DNA of 41,319 bases from Limnoglobus sp. (GCA_041736785.1 JBGSSZ010000674.1:1-41319), one strand, 5' to 3'; shown: positions 31,733 to 41,254, counted from the first letter of the stretch. Made by a program: numbers and translations. The notes: generated from the letters alone by a model not told the origin.

Positions 31733-33547
31733 TTACCCCAGATAAAACAACAGCACTGCGAGATCCGCCGGCGTGATGCCACTCACCCGGCTTGCCTGAC
31801 CCAAGTTCACCGGTCGAATCCGACCCAGCTTCTCCCGCGCTTCGATCCGCATCTGCGGCACCAAATTATAGTCAAAAGTGCTGGGAATCGAGCGATTTTC
31901 CATCTTCCGGAACCGTTCCACATCGCTCGCCTGCCGGTCAATATAACCAGCGTACTTCGCTTCCAGCACCACCTGTTCCACCACGTCGGGCGAAGCGTCC
32001 CAGCTTGCCAACGCGGGGTCTCGTGCAACAAGATTTTGCCATTCGGTGCTCGTGCGCCGCAGCCAGGTCATCAGCGAATCCCCCTCGCTGCGGGTGCTCT
32101 GGAGAAGCTGCTGAAGCTCGGTAATCTTCTTCTCTTTCAGCTCGAGCCGAGCCAACGAATCGGCATCCACAGAGCCCACACGGCGACCGAGCTGAGTCAG
32201 CCGTCGATCGGCGTTGTCGTGCCGGAGTAGCAGGCGATACTCAGCTCGTGAGGTAAACATCCGATAGGGCTCGTCGACGCCCTTGGTGACGAGGTCGTCG
32301 AGCAGCACACCGATGTAGGCTTGCGAGCGGTCCAAGATCAGTGGCGCTTCGTTCTTGATCTTGAGCGCGGCATTCAGCCCCGCCATCAGGCCCTGGGCCG
32401 CAGCTTCTTCATACCCCGTGGTCCCGTTGATCTGCCCGGCGAAGTAGAGCCCGGCCACGGGCTTCGTCTCGAGTGTCGGGTGCAACTGCGTCGGCGGGGC
32501 ATAGTCGTACTCCACCGCATAGCCCCAGCGCATCACCTCGGCATTCTCCAGACCCGGGATCAGCTTCAGCATCGCCGCCTGCACGTCCTTGGGCATGCTG
32601 GTGCTGATGCCATTGCAGTAATACTCCCGCGTGTGCAGGCCCTCGGGCTCGAGAAAGATCTGGTGCGAATCCTTCTCGGCGAACCGCACGACTTTGTCTT
32701 CAATGCTCGGGCAGTAGCGCGGCCCCGAGGCACGGATCTGACCGCAGTACATCGGAGCCCGCTCGAGATTCTGCTTCAGCAGTTCGTGCACCGCCGGCGT
32801 TGTCGTGGTGATGTGACAGACCACCTGTGGCACGGTAATGCTCTCAGTGCCGAAGCTGAACGGCCGCGGAATGGCATCGCCGACACTCACCTCCAGCTTG
32901 CTGAAGTCAATCGTGCGACCATTGAGCCGGCACGGCGTGCCGGTCTTGAAGCGGGCGAGTTCGAACCCGCACTCTATCAGCGAATCGCTCATCATCTCCG
33001 CCGAGGAGTCCCCAGCCCGACCGCCGGAGGTTTTTGCCTCGCCGGTGTGCATGATCGCTTTGAGAAATGTGCCCGTCGTCAGGATCACGGCCTTCGCGTA
33101 GTATTTCGTCTCGCCGCGAGCGACGACGCCGAGCACCCGCTTGCGATCCTCGTGCGGCTCGAGCAGCAGCCCTTCGACAAGCTCCTGTCGCAGGGTCAGG
33201 TTTGGCTGGTCCTCGACCCAATTCTTGACCGTGAACTGGTACAACTTCTTGTCGCACTGAGCCCGCGGCGAGTGCATCGCGGGTCCTTTGGAGGCGTTGA
33301 GCATTTTGAACATGATGCCGCTGGCGTCGGTCGCGCGGCCCATGATGCCGCCGAGTGCGTCGATCTCGCGGACGATCTGCCCCTTGGCGACGCCTCCGAT
33401 GGCTGGGTTGCATGACATCTGCGCCACAGCGTCTGCGTTCATGGTGAGCAGGACAGTCTTGAGCCCGAGCCGCGCCGCCGCCATCGCAGCTTCTGTCCCC
33501 GCATGTCCGGCGCCGACAACGGCGATGTCGTAGTGGTATGAGAGCAT
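31733..33547 (-). CDS. mnmG: tRNA uridine-5-carboxymethylaminomethyl(34) synthesis enzyme MnmG (GidA)
   Basis: [69 protein letters not shown]. Full length, 604 aa. Confidence 0.97.
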   Translation of the reverse strand: MLSYHYDIAVVGAGHAGTEAAMAAARLGLKTVLLTMNADAVAQMSCNPAIGGVAKGQIVREIDALGGIMGRATDASGIMFKMLNASKGPAMHSPRAQCDKKLYQFTVKNWVEDQPNLTLRQELVEGLLLEPHEDRKRVLGVVARGETKYYAKAVILTTGTFLKAIMHTGEAKTSGGRAGDSSAEMMSDSLIECGFELARFKTGTPCRLNGRTIDFSKLEVSVGDAIPRPFSFGTESITVPQVVCHITTTTPAVHELLKQNLERAPMYCGQIRASGPRYCPSIEDKVVRFAEKDSHQIFLEPEGLHTREYYCNGISTSMPKDVQAAMLKLIPGLENAEVMRWGYAVEYDYAPPTQLHPTLETKPVAGLYFAGQINGTTGYEEAAAQGLMAGLNAALKIKNEAPLILDRSQAYIGVLLDDLVTKGVDEPYRMFTSRAEYRLLLRHDNADRRLTQLGRRVGSVDADSLARLELKEKKITELQQLLQSTRSEGDSLMTWLRRTSTEWQNLVARDPALASWDASPDVVEQVVLEAKYAGYIDRQASDVERFRKMENRSIPSTFDYNLVPQMRIEAREKLGRIRPVNLGQASRVSGITPADLAVLLFYLG

Positions 33548-33549
33548 GA

Positions 33550-33990
33550 CTATGGTGACAGATATTGCGGAAGGGGCAGGAAAACGCGTCCCTCACCCAG
33601 AAACTTTCCGAACCAGATGACGTCAACAATCACGTCGGCGATACTCAAACACACACACCGTTGGTACTCGGAATCCTTCAAGACTCGTTCCCGATTTCCG
33701 GGAGTCAGCACTGGAAGGGAGTCCAATTGGGCACACTCGTCAATCACACACTGCAACCCGTCCGGATCGCGACCCGAGCGATCATCAGTCACAAGCAAGC
33801 AGTGCTGGTCCTGGCAGAACTTCCAAAGCGTGCGGTCGTTTGTGTCGTGTGGTAAGACTTCCGCAAGTTTCACGATCTGCACGCCTTCGCGCTCCAGGTC
33901 TACGAACACGTTCGCTTGCTGCCAGACTCGTTCGATAATGCTGGCGAGGTGGCCATAGTGATTGTCGAGTAGCACGCCGAGAGTCGTCAT
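33550..33990 (-). CDS. PIN-like (DUF5615/Mut7-C-like) domain protein, possible toxin (146 aa)
   Basis: The pattern LLDNH..(35 aa)..[22 protein letters not shown] resembles DUF5615 PIN-like proteins (LxDEN..D.EI..A..E.R.LVT.D.DF). Its ATG overlaps the upstream ORF stop as ATGA (33987-33990). GC is lower than the flanks. The assignment is by eye only. Confidence 0.45.
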   Translation of the reverse strand: MTTLGVLLDNHYGHLASIIERVWQQANVFVDLEREGVQIVKLAEVLPHDTNDRTLWKFCQDQHCLLVTDDRSGRDPDGLQCVIDECAQLDSLPVLTPGNRERVLKDSEYQRCVCLSIADVIVDVIWFGKFLGEGRVFLPLPQYLSP

Positions 33991-34346
33991 CGACGGCCGC
34001 CCGATACCCGATTTGCATCGCGCCAAGCCGAGAACGCGATTTTGTTCTCAGGCGTCGGCACCAGCATCGCCTTGACCGTTTCCGGATTCTGCCCTGCCGC
34101 TTCGGCCAACTTCGTCAAATGGAGGCGATAATCGCGAAGGTCGACCGCGAGACCAAAGGTGTGTTCGGTCTTTTCGCGAAACTCCGGAGTGTCCGGATTG
34201 CGGCGATCATGGTCCTCCACCAGAGATTCACCGTTGACCGTCAGTGCCATGGGTCCCAGTGGAGTCTCCGGCGGAAGCGTCAGAGTCACCTGGCGGTTGG
34301 GTGGCACGTCTACTGTTGTCTGTATCTTCATGGCATTCTCCTTCAC
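33987..34346 (-). CDS. Small hypothetical protein, possible antitoxin partner (119 aa or shorter)
   Basis: MKIQTTVDVPPNRQVTLTLPPETPLG resembles a SpoVT/AbrB-like swapped-hairpin N-terminus. It is translationally coupled (ATGA) to the PIN-like ORF. Its 5' region overlaps the 3' end of the upstream membrane-protein ORF, so the start is uncertain (34346, 34331 or 34250). Confidence 0.4.
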   Translation of the reverse strand: MKENAMKIQTTVDVPPNRQVTLTLPPETPLGPMALTVNGESLVEDHDRRNPDTPEFREKTEHTFGLAVDLRDYRLHLTKLAEAAGQNPETVKAMLVPTPENKIAFSAWRDANRVSGGRR

Positions 34347-34815
34347 CCATCATACCGGAGGCTGGATTGCCGATTTCCAATTCGCGTTGAGTTGCAATTC
34401 GATACCAGACAATCAAACCTGTGATGAGGGCCATCCAGATGATGCAACCGATCGACGCTGTTGAGAGGATGCCGTCTTGCAATTGACCTTTACCCCAACT
34501 GTCAAAAAATCCCCAGCAACACGAGAATCCGATGATGCTTGCCAGTAAAGTAATAGCCGTCCGGGCTATGCTGTAAGTTCCTGCGGGAAATCCAGCCGCC
34601 AAACCGACGAAGATTCCAAAATACAACACAGGCACGGTAGGAAACGGACTATCGAGCCAATCGATGGGGTGCAGTGCGATCACCCCATCGAGCTTCCTCA
34701 AGCGTATGAAGTATGCAAACAGCAACAATTCCATCGAGCAGAGGATCAAGCCCGCGGTCGCCCAAGACAATCCCCGCACCAGATTGATCCGCGGCGGTGG
34801 CTCGTCCCCATCCAT
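34228..34815 (-). CDS. Hypothetical 4-TM membrane protein (195 aa)
   Basis: Four hydrophobic helices (WATAGLILCSMELLLFAYFI, VPVLYFGIFVGLAAGFPAG, AITLLASIIGFSCCWGFF, IGCIIWMALITGLIVWY). Its ATG overlaps the HEAT-protein stop (TGATG, 34813-34817). GC is about 45-52% in 60-nt samples. It has a polar low-complexity tail. Confidence 0.55.
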   Translation of the reverse strand: MDGDEPPPRINLVRGLSWATAGLILCSMELLLFAYFIRLRKLDGVIALHPIDWLDSPFPTVPVLYFGIFVGLAAGFPAGTYSIARTAITLLASIIGFSCCWGFFDSWGKGQLQDGILSTASIGCIIWMALITGLIVWYRIATQRELEIGNPASGMMGEGECHEDTDNSRRATQPPGDSDASAGDSTGTHGTDGQR

Positions 34816-36437
34816 CACGCTCCCACGCTCTTGAGTTTGTTCTTCGCTGCTTTCCCAGCCTCGCTTTTATCCTTGCTGATGCTCTGCAGAATGTCGATCC
34901 CGAACTGGCGCTGGCGGCCGACCTGCTCCGCGAAGTGGAAGCCGATGTAGAAGAGATCAGCCGGATCGAGGAACTTCGCCTTCGCAAGTTCCTTCTCCAA
35001 CATGTCAAAGTTCTGACCCATCAAGGTGTCGAAATTCCGCAGGCAGTGATCTTCGTTTCGCGAGTGCGGATCGAGATCCTTGGGGGACTGCTTCAGCCCA
35101 CACAGGGCAAGCTCCAATCGCACGGCGAAGCCGATGCCCGGATCGCGGGCCAGCACCTTGAGAAACGCCAGCGCCTCGATGTACTTCTTTTTCTTCCGCA
35201 GTGCGACCGCCCGCTTCAGCAGCGATGCCTGGACCTGCTCGTTGGACAGTGCCCGTGCAAAAAACAAAAACGGATCCGCCAGCGTGCTGTGCTCCGCGAC
35301 GTGCTCCGTGGTCGCCGCGATGATCTCTTTCACGGACGCCGGCGGCACCTCGTCGGCGACTTCCTTCAGCACCCGCACCAGCGACCAAGCTTCCTCGGGA
35401 GATTCGGCATTCAGGAGTGCCGTCAGCATCGCCTTGCGGCCGTTCTTCGAATTCTGCAGGTGAATGCGGGCGGTCTCATGCACACTGCGGTCGGCATGGT
35501 GGAACTGAGCCATCAGCCCCGCGGCGACGGGTGCGGTGTCGCGATCGCCGAGCTTCTCCATCGCCAGTCGTCGTGCAGCAACATCCGGCGCGTGGAAGAG
35601 CGGCATCCACTCCCCAAGATTTTTGTCCGTGACCGGCAACCGCTGGAGAATCATCAAAGCCGGGGCAGCGATGCGAAAGTCGGTTTCACTGGCACACGCG
35701 AAGATCCGCTTCCACTGCTCCTTGGTCGGCGTCTCGATCCAGCCGCCAACGGTCTGCAGTGCAGCAGCACGCACTTCGTGCGTGTGCGGAGCCGCGGTCC
35801 AGGACCAGAGCAGTTCGCCCGCTTTCGGGTCGTTGATCGCTCCGAGGATCCGCAGTGCCGGCAATTCCGCGGTGACAGGAATCGGTTTGCGTTTGTCCTT
35901 GCAGGCGACAATGACCTCTTCCACCAGCGTCTTGCGGCGATCCGCGGGCATGGCAGGGATCTGTGCGATGATTGCATCCGCCGCGGCTTTGCCAATCATC
36001 GGATCCTTGTCGAAGAGCACACTCACGCCAACTGCGTCCGCTCCATGCGAGCCGGTGGTGGAGAGCGCCGCCGCGATGTACCGCTTAAGGCCGGGGGCCA
36101 CTTTGTGCATCATCTCCTGCAAGCCCTTGATGCCCTTCGTGCCGAGTTTGGCGGCCGCCTCGGCTGCGACAGGAGCTTGCGGGCCACCGTTTGCGACGCG
36201 ATCCAAAAGCGTCGGCAGGGCTTTGTCAATCTTGAGCTGGCCTGCAGCTTTGATCGACGCAAGACGAACATCGATCGACTTGTCTTCGAGTCTCTGCAGC
36301 AACTCGGCTGCAACCTCGGCATCTTTGACACCGAGTTCTCCGAGCACGACCGCGGTGGACGCACGCACGAGTTCGTCGTTGTCGTCTTTGAGAAGACGGA
36401 CAAGTTTCTTGATGGGGAGGTCCATGATGCTGCTCAT
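34815..36437 (-). CDS. HEAT/ARM-repeat protein (540 aa)
   Basis: N-terminal HEAT repeats (LLKDDNDELVRASTAVVLGELGVKDAEVAAELLQRLEDKSIDVRLASIKAAGQL). It is all-helical throughout. The opposite-strand 554-aa ORF is Arg/His-rich junk. Confidence 0.8.
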   Translation of the reverse strand: MSSIMDLPIKKLVRLLKDDNDELVRASTAVVLGELGVKDAEVAAELLQRLEDKSIDVRLASIKAAGQLKIDKALPTLLDRVANGGPQAPVAAEAAAKLGTKGIKGLQEMMHKVAPGLKRYIAAALSTTGSHGADAVGVSVLFDKDPMIGKAAADAIIAQIPAMPADRRKTLVEEVIVACKDKRKPIPVTAELPALRILGAINDPKAGELLWSWTAAPHTHEVRAAALQTVGGWIETPTKEQWKRIFACASETDFRIAAPALMILQRLPVTDKNLGEWMPLFHAPDVAARRLAMEKLGDRDTAPVAAGLMAQFHHADRSVHETARIHLQNSKNGRKAMLTALLNAESPEEAWSLVRVLKEVADEVPPASVKEIIAATTEHVAEHSTLADPFLFFARALSNEQVQASLLKRAVALRKKKKYIEALAFLKVLARDPGIGFAVRLELALCGLKQSPKDLDPHSRNEDHCLRNFDTLMGQNFDMLEKELAKAKFLDPADLFYIGFHFAEQVGRQRQFGIDILQSISKDKSEAGKAAKNKLKSVGA

Positions 36438-36480
36438 CGGGAGTTGATTCGTAGCCTATGAACAACTCCGCGCGTAAGCA

Positions 36481-37449
36481 TCACTTCTTCAGGGTCGCCG
36501 GGGTCGCAATGAGTGGACCCTTCAGTTTGGCCAGCCCGACGAGTGCCGCCTCGGCGTGTGGGCCGCTCGGGCAAAGCCGCAGGACCTGATCGAGGTATGC
36601 CTTCGCCGCGATGGTGTCACCCTTCTTCATGAAGCTCTCGCTGAGTGCAAGTTGCAGGCTGGCCGCTCTCTCGTCGGCCTGGTGGCTCGCACTGCGAAGC
36701 TTGTCGGGATTTGTGCGGATCTCCTCCACCAGCAACGCGGCAGACTTCGCTTCCGCGCTGGTCGGATGCAAGCGGATCACTTCATTCGCTACGTCGAGCG
36801 CATTCACATAGCGATGGGCGTCGTGGAGTTGCTTCGCCACGTCGAGCAGTGCCTGTGGTCGCACCGCCTGCACCACCTCACGCGTCGCGGCGACGCGGTC
36901 GAGCTTTTCCATCAGTTCCTTCGCCTGCACTTGGGCAGGGCGGCTCTTGCTGCCTGCGAGCAGCGGCCGCAGCAGTGCGGACGCCCGGGCAAACTCACCG
37001 GCATCGAACGCCGCTTTCGCCTGGGCATACTCTTTCTGCATGCGGTCGTCGTCGGCAATCGCGAACACCGTTTTCTGAAGCTGCTCACGCAGTTGATCCG
37101 CTGTCACGTAGCCGTTGAGGATTGCATGAATGCTGCCATCGGGTCCGGCGAGCACCGTCGTCGGGAAGAGTGTCACTTTCAGTGCCCGTGCCAGTTCCGC
37201 TTCCTTGTGGCCGTCGATCTTGATGCTGATGTAGTCCTTCTTCAGCAGGCTCGCGATGGCGGGATCGACGAGCGTGTTCGTTTCGAGCTTGCGGCAGTAG
37301 AAGCAGTTGTCGCTGCCGATGACGAGACAAACCGCCTTGCCAGCGTCGCTCGCTTCGCGACGGCCCGTGGGGTAATCGGTTTTCCACGTAACGACATCCG
37401 CGGCGGCAAGCCACGGCGTGAGGAACGCAATTATGAGTAGTGTCCGCAT
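36481..37449 (-). CDS. Secreted thioredoxin-fold protein with a C-terminal TPR-like helical domain (322 aa)
   Basis: Signal peptide MRTLLIIAFLTPWLAAA, a thioredoxin-like core with CxxC (VIGSDNCFYCRKLE..LFPTTVL), then helical repeats. The track ORF N-terminal extension (116 aa, Arg/Pro/Ser-rich) was rejected. Confidence 0.8.
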   Translation of the reverse strand: MRTLLIIAFLTPWLAAADVVTWKTDYPTGRREASDAGKAVCLVIGSDNCFYCRKLETNTLVDPAIASLLKKDYISIKIDGHKEAELARALKVTLFPTTVLAGPDGSIHAILNGYVTADQLREQLQKTVFAIADDDRMQKEYAQAKAAFDAGEFARASALLRPLLAGSKSRPAQVQAKELMEKLDRVAATREVVQAVRPQALLDVAKQLHDAHRYVNALDVANEVIRLHPTSAEAKSAALLVEEIRTNPDKLRSASHQADERAASLQLALSESFMKKGDTIAAKAYLDQVLRLCPSGPHAEAALVGLAKLKGPLIATPATLKK

Positions 37450-37469
37450 GATTGATCCTCGAGGGTGCG

Positions 37470-38378
37470 TCAGCCAGCCCGCGGGTGAGCATTCTGATAG
37501 CTCGCCTGCAGGCGTTGTGTGGTTACGTGGGTGTAGACCTGCGTCGTCGCCAGGCTCTTGTGGCCGAGTAGTTCCTGAACTCCGCGGATGTCGGCTCCCG
37601 CGTCGAGCAGATGTGTGGCAAAGCTGTGACGGAGCGTGTGCGGGCTGGTGCGGGGATCGAGTCCGGCACTCGCCAGGTACTTGGCCAGCAACCGAGCCAC
37701 GCTGCGGGTTGTCAGCCGGCCAGCGTTCTTGTTCAGGAACACGGCTTGTGTGTCTTTGCGAAGCTCGCTGACGATCACGGCACGATCGGGCAGCCACGAG
37801 CGGATTGCACTCACCGCGGCATCGCCCAGCAGCGCCAGCCGCTCTTTCTTGCCTTTGCCCCGCACGACCAGCACTTTGTCGCTGAGATCCATGTCCGTGA
37901 TGTTGAGCCCGGTGAGTTCACTGACGCGGACGCCTGCGGAATACAGCGTCTCAAGCCAGGCACGATCGCGACGGCCAAACGGCAGACGCGTGTCAGGCGC
38001 ATCGAGCAATCGCGTCGTGTCGGCCAGCGTGAGGAAGTGTGGGAGCTTCTTGTCGAGCCGTGGACTGCGGAGTGGTTCCGCGGGATTAGCCGCGATCGTC
38101 CCCTGCCGGCACATGAACTTGCCGAAGCTGCGCACCGCGGCCATGCGGCGTGCGATCGTCGCCTTCGAATAACCCTGCCCGTGCAGCCAGGCCAGGAAAC
38201 CACGCAGGCCGCGGGTTGTCCAGTCGGCCTGATCCAGCGAGGACTTTTTGACCGCGTCGCGGAGGTAGTTGAACGCCTGTGTGAGGTCTTCGCGATACGA
38301 CTTCACGGTCTGGCTGGAGGAGTTGCGCTCCAGCCCGAGGTGCATGAGGAAATCGGCGAGTGCGTGCTCGAGCGTCAC
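37470..38378 (-). CDS. Tyrosine site-specific recombinase, XerC/XerD family
   Basis: N-terminal SAM-like domain (LADFLMHLGLERNSSSQTVKSYREDL) and the catalytic R..HxxR..Y signature (GVRVSEL; HTLRHSFATHLL; LLGHKSLATTQVYTHV). Start placed at GTG 38378 (VTLEHALADF, 302 aa). The longer ORF to 38555 has a junk-like extension, so the start is uncertain. Confidence 0.85.
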   Translation of the reverse strand: MTLEHALADFLMHLGLERNSSSQTVKSYREDLTQAFNYLRDAVKKSSLDQADWTTRGLRGFLAWLHGQGYSKATIARRMAAVRSFGKFMCRQGTIAANPAEPLRSPRLDKKLPHFLTLADTTRLLDAPDTRLPFGRRDRAWLETLYSAGVRVSELTGLNITDMDLSDKVLVVRGKGKKERLALLGDAAVSAIRSWLPDRAVIVSELRKDTQAVFLNKNAGRLTTRSVARLLAKYLASAGLDPRTSPHTLRHSFATHLLDAGADIRGVQELLGHKSLATTQVYTHVTTQRLQASYQNAHPRAG

Positions 38379-38397
38379 ATCGGATTCCGAGCCGTCG

Positions 38398-38619
38398 CTA
38401 GAGTCGCGACGGGAGAGCCTCGGATTCCATCCCCTGTTGGCGGGCTCGCTCCGTGAGCACCGCGGCATCGAACCAGTTGACCGCCACGCCGGGGTCGGCT
38501 GCGGCATCGCGAATCGCATCGAGCAGGGTCGCCCGGCTGTCGTCGTCGTACACAAAGATGAACTTTTCCGGGCCCTTGAAGAGCGCGAGCACGTTCACTT
38601 CTTCGGTCACGACGTTCAC
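38398..38619 (-). CDS. Small hypothetical protein (70-73 aa)
   Basis: ..LALFKGPEKFIFVYDDDSRATLLDAIRDAAADPGVAVNWFDAAVLTERARQQG looks protein-like, unlike the overlapping Xer extension frame. It has GTG starts, and GGAG precedes the GTG at 38610. No homology recognised. Confidence 0.3.
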   Translation of the reverse strand: MNVVTEEVNVLALFKGPEKFIFVYDDDSRATLLDAIRDAAADPGVAVNWFDAAVLTERARQQGMESEALPSRL

Positions 38620-38788
38620 TCCGGGTGATGCGATCCGTCCTCGCTACTGAATCGGATGCGGCTTGCGCCAACTTGCGGAGTTTTGTGCCGTCGATCCCGG
38701 TCGTGTTCACACGCCACCCGCACAATCCGTCTGGCCCGCCGACTCGGCGGCGCAATCGAAGAATCCGGCACAGTTGAGGAATTGGCGA

Positions 38789-38817
38789 TTGACGCTTTGC
38801 ACCGAAAAACTTAACTT
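38789..38817 (+). promoter_or_regulatory. Possible sigma-70-like promoter for the transporter gene (TTGACG-N17-TAACTT)
   Basis: TTGACG (38789-38794), a 17-nt spacer, and TAACTT (38812-38817), 30 nt upstream of ATG 38848. Pattern matching only. Confidence 0.3.
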
Positions 38818-38847
38818 TTGGCCTAACCCTACCGCGGACCACCTCCC

Positions 38848-40461
38848 ATGAACGGCTCAAGCGACAAGAAACTTTTCTGGGCATGTTTCATCGCCCTGAT
38901 CGCGACCGCGTTCGGCTTCATCATCCGCGTGCTCATCATGGACGATTGGGCCACTCAGTTCGGGCTCGACGAAACACAAAAAGGTCAAATCTTCGGCGTG
39001 GGGCTCTGGCCGTTTGCCATCAGCATTGTTCTCTTCAGCCTGATCATTGACAGGATCGGCTACGGTCCGGCGATGATTTTTGCTTTCTTCTGCCACGCTG
39101 CTTCGATTGCGATCACCGTCGCCGTTCCAGACCTGGCTGGCGGCGACAAGGACAAAGCCTACTGGTGGCTCTACGCCGGCAACTTCATCTGCGCACTCGG
39201 CAATGGGACGGTCGAGGCCGTCATCAACCCCGTCGTGGCGACGATGTTCGCCCGCGACAAAACAAAATGGCTCAACATGCTCCATGCCGGATGGCCGGGT
39301 GGATTGGTGCTGGGTGGCGTGCTGGCACTTTCCCTAGGCGAGTATGGCGTGACCGACTGGCGCATCAAGATCGGCCTGCTCGGGATTCCCGTTCTGCTTT
39401 ATGGCATCTTGATGGTGGGTTGCACCTTCCCGGTCAATGAGCGTGTCACCGCGGGCGTTTCCTACCGCAAGATGTTGGGCGAAGTCGGTTTCCTGGGCGC
39501 ACTTGTCGTGACAACACTCATCACTCTTGAAGTGACGAACGTTCTCACACAACTCAAGTTACTTTTTCAGGATCCTTCGTGGCTGGATACAGCCTGGAAA
39601 GGGACTCTGCCGCTGCTGGGCGAAGTCGAGTTCGACAAGGCGATGCAGATGAAGCTCATCATCATCCTGACAATCAGCTTCCTCTTCGGCCTGTATACCC
39701 TTTCGTTGGGTCGAATCATCTTCTTCATTTTGCTTCTGATCATGATCCCGCTGGCCACGACAGAGCTCGGCGTCGATAGCTGGGTTGGTGACTTGATGGG
39801 GCCTGAGATGAAAAAGGCTGGCCTACCGGGGCTGAGCGTCCTCATCTACACCTCGTTTATCATGATGGTCCTGCGTTTCTTCGCCGGGCCAATCATCCAT
39901 CGCCTGTCTCCGCTGGGCCTTCTGGCAGTCTGCTCCGCAATTGCCGCTGTTGGGCTGTTCACACTTTCCAGTGCCGCGGGTGTCATGATTCTGGTCGCTG
40001 CAACGCTGTACGGCATCGGGAAGACCTTCTTCTGGCCGACAATGTTGGGCGTTGTTGCAGAGCGATTCCCCAAGGGAGGTGCGCTCACTCTCAACATCAC
40101 TGGCGGGGTCGGCATGCTCGCGGTCGGGATTCTCGGCAACCCGCTGCTCGGGAACATTCAGGACAAGACCACCGACAGTGAACTGGCCCAAAAATATCCC
40201 GCGATCTACGCCAAAGCCATGGCGGAACCGAAGCAGAGCGTCTTCGGCGAATACAAACCGCTCGACGCGGAAAAGGTCAAACTGCTCCCCGCAGACCAGC
40301 AGGAAGAGATCAAGAAAACCAGGGAAGCCGCCAAGAAGAGTGCACTCCGCACTGTGGCGATTTTCCCGATCATCATGCTCTGCTGCTATCTCCTGCTTAT
40401 GCTCTACTTCAAAGCTCGGGGTGGTTATCACGCCGAGACAATCGGGCATGACCCTCACTGA
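38848..40461 (+). CDS. Polytopic membrane transporter, probably MFS-type (537 aa)
   Basis: About 12-14 predicted TM helices arranged in two halves, with a cytoplasmic helical insert near the C-terminus. N-terminus is KKLFWACFIALIATAFGFIIRVLIM. The family assignment comes from overall architecture only. Confidence 0.65.
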   Translation: MNGSSDKKLFWACFIALIATAFGFIIRVLIMDDWATQFGLDETQKGQIFGVGLWPFAISIVLFSLIIDRIGYGPAMIFAFFCHAASIAITVAVPDLAGGDKDKAYWWLYAGNFICALGNGTVEAVINPVVATMFARDKTKWLNMLHAGWPGGLVLGGVLALSLGEYGVTDWRIKIGLLGIPVLLYGILMVGCTFPVNERVTAGVSYRKMLGEVGFLGALVVTTLITLEVTNVLTQLKLLFQDPSWLDTAWKGTLPLLGEVEFDKAMQMKLIIILTISFLFGLYTLSLGRIIFFILLLIMIPLATTELGVDSWVGDLMGPEMKKAGLPGLSVLIYTSFIMMVLRFFAGPIIHRLSPLGLLAVCSAIAAVGLFTLSSAAGVMILVAATLYGIGKTFFWPTMLGVVAERFPKGGALTLNITGGVGMLAVGILGNPLLGNIQDKTTDSELAQKYPAIYAKAMAEPKQSVFGEYKPLDAEKVKLLPADQQEEIKKTREAAKKSALRTVAIFPIIMLCCYLLLMLYFKARGGYHAETIGHDPH

Positions 40462-40482
40462 CGATTCCCTAAAATCATCAGC

Positions 40483-41253
40483 ATGGCGTCGCGGAAGCTT
40501 ATCATCCTCGGTTGCGGCACCTCGGTGGGGGTGCCGATGATCGGCTGCGATTGCCCCGTCTGCACCGGCGGACACCCTCGCAACAACCGCACACGAAGCT
40601 CTGTCCTCTTTCAGTTCCCAGACGGGAACCTGCTCATCGACACCTCGCCGGAGCTCCGCGTGCAACTGCTCCGCGAGAAAATCAAGCTCGTCCACTCCGT
40701 GGCGTACACGCACTACCACGTCGATCACCTCTTCGGGCTCGACGATGTCCGCGTCTTTCCACGGGCTCTTGGTGGACCGCTGCCGCTCTACTGTACTGGC
40801 GAAGTGGAAACCGCAATCCGAAGCTCATTCAGCTATGCGTTCGACACGACGGCAACCAGCTTCCTGCCCAAGCTGGCATTTGTCCGCATCGGCGAGCAGC
40901 CGTTCCATCTGCTCGGAGAGACAGTCACGCCGATCCCGCTGGAGCATGCCCACTTTCAGGTCCTCGGCTTTCGCGTCGGCAAGCTTGCGTACTGCACTGA
41001 TGTCAGTAACATCCCGCCGGCAAGCTGGCCGCTGCTTGAGGGGCTCGACACGCTGATCCTCGACGCGCTGCGGCCTGGTTCGGCTCACCCGGCGCATTTC
41101 AGCCTGCCGGAAGCGATCGAAGTCGGTCGCAGGCTGGCGGTGCCACGGCTGATCCTCACACACATGTCGCACGAAATGGACTACGAAACCGAGACAGCTA
41201 CCCTGCCCCGTGGCGTCGAGCTTGCCTACGATGGCATGACCATCGAATTCTGA
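40483..41253 (+). CDS. MBL-fold metallo-hydrolase (PhnP/PqqB-like subgroup)
   Basis: LIILGCGTSVGVPMIGCDCPVCTGGHPRNNRTRSS is the Cys-rich N-terminus typical of PhnP-like enzymes. The HxHxDH motif is YTHYHVDHLFG. Later His/Asp ligands are present (LEHAH, THMSHE). Confidence 0.85.
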   Translation: MASRKLIILGCGTSVGVPMIGCDCPVCTGGHPRNNRTRSSVLFQFPDGNLLIDTSPELRVQLLREKIKLVHSVAYTHYHVDHLFGLDDVRVFPRALGGPLPLYCTGEVETAIRSSFSYAFDTTATSFLPKLAFVRIGEQPFHLLGETVTPIPLEHAHFQVLGFRVGKLAYCTDVSNIPPASWPLLEGLDTLILDALRPGSAHPAHFSLPEAIEVGRRLAVPRLILTHMSHEMDYETETATLPRGVELAYDGMTIEF

Positions 41254-41254
41254 C

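Noticed and set aside
31269-31745. 146-aa (minus) and 145-aa (plus) ORFs inside the 570-bp gap; also a possible RNase P, tmRNA, SRP or 6S RNA or a tRNA.
   Set aside because: The translations are low-complexity Arg/Pro/Ser-rich. I looked for GAGGAAAGTCCGGGC and ACAGAACCCGGCTTA (RNase P), a GGTTCGAATCC-type T-loop with a CCA end (tmRNA or tRNA) and the SRP GGAA motif context, and found none. The region is kept only as an unexplained non-coding stretch.
37470-38378. The tyrosine recombinase as a marker of an integrated phage or genomic island.
   Set aside because: The sequence looks like housekeeping XerC/XerD. There is no adjacent tRNA, no flanking direct repeats, no phage genes and no compositional shift around it.
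38736-38750. 15-nt GC-rich palindrome CCGCCGACTCGGCGG in the xer/transporter divergent region.
   Set aside because: Short GC-rich dyads are expected by chance in this composition, and there is no associated motif or second copy.
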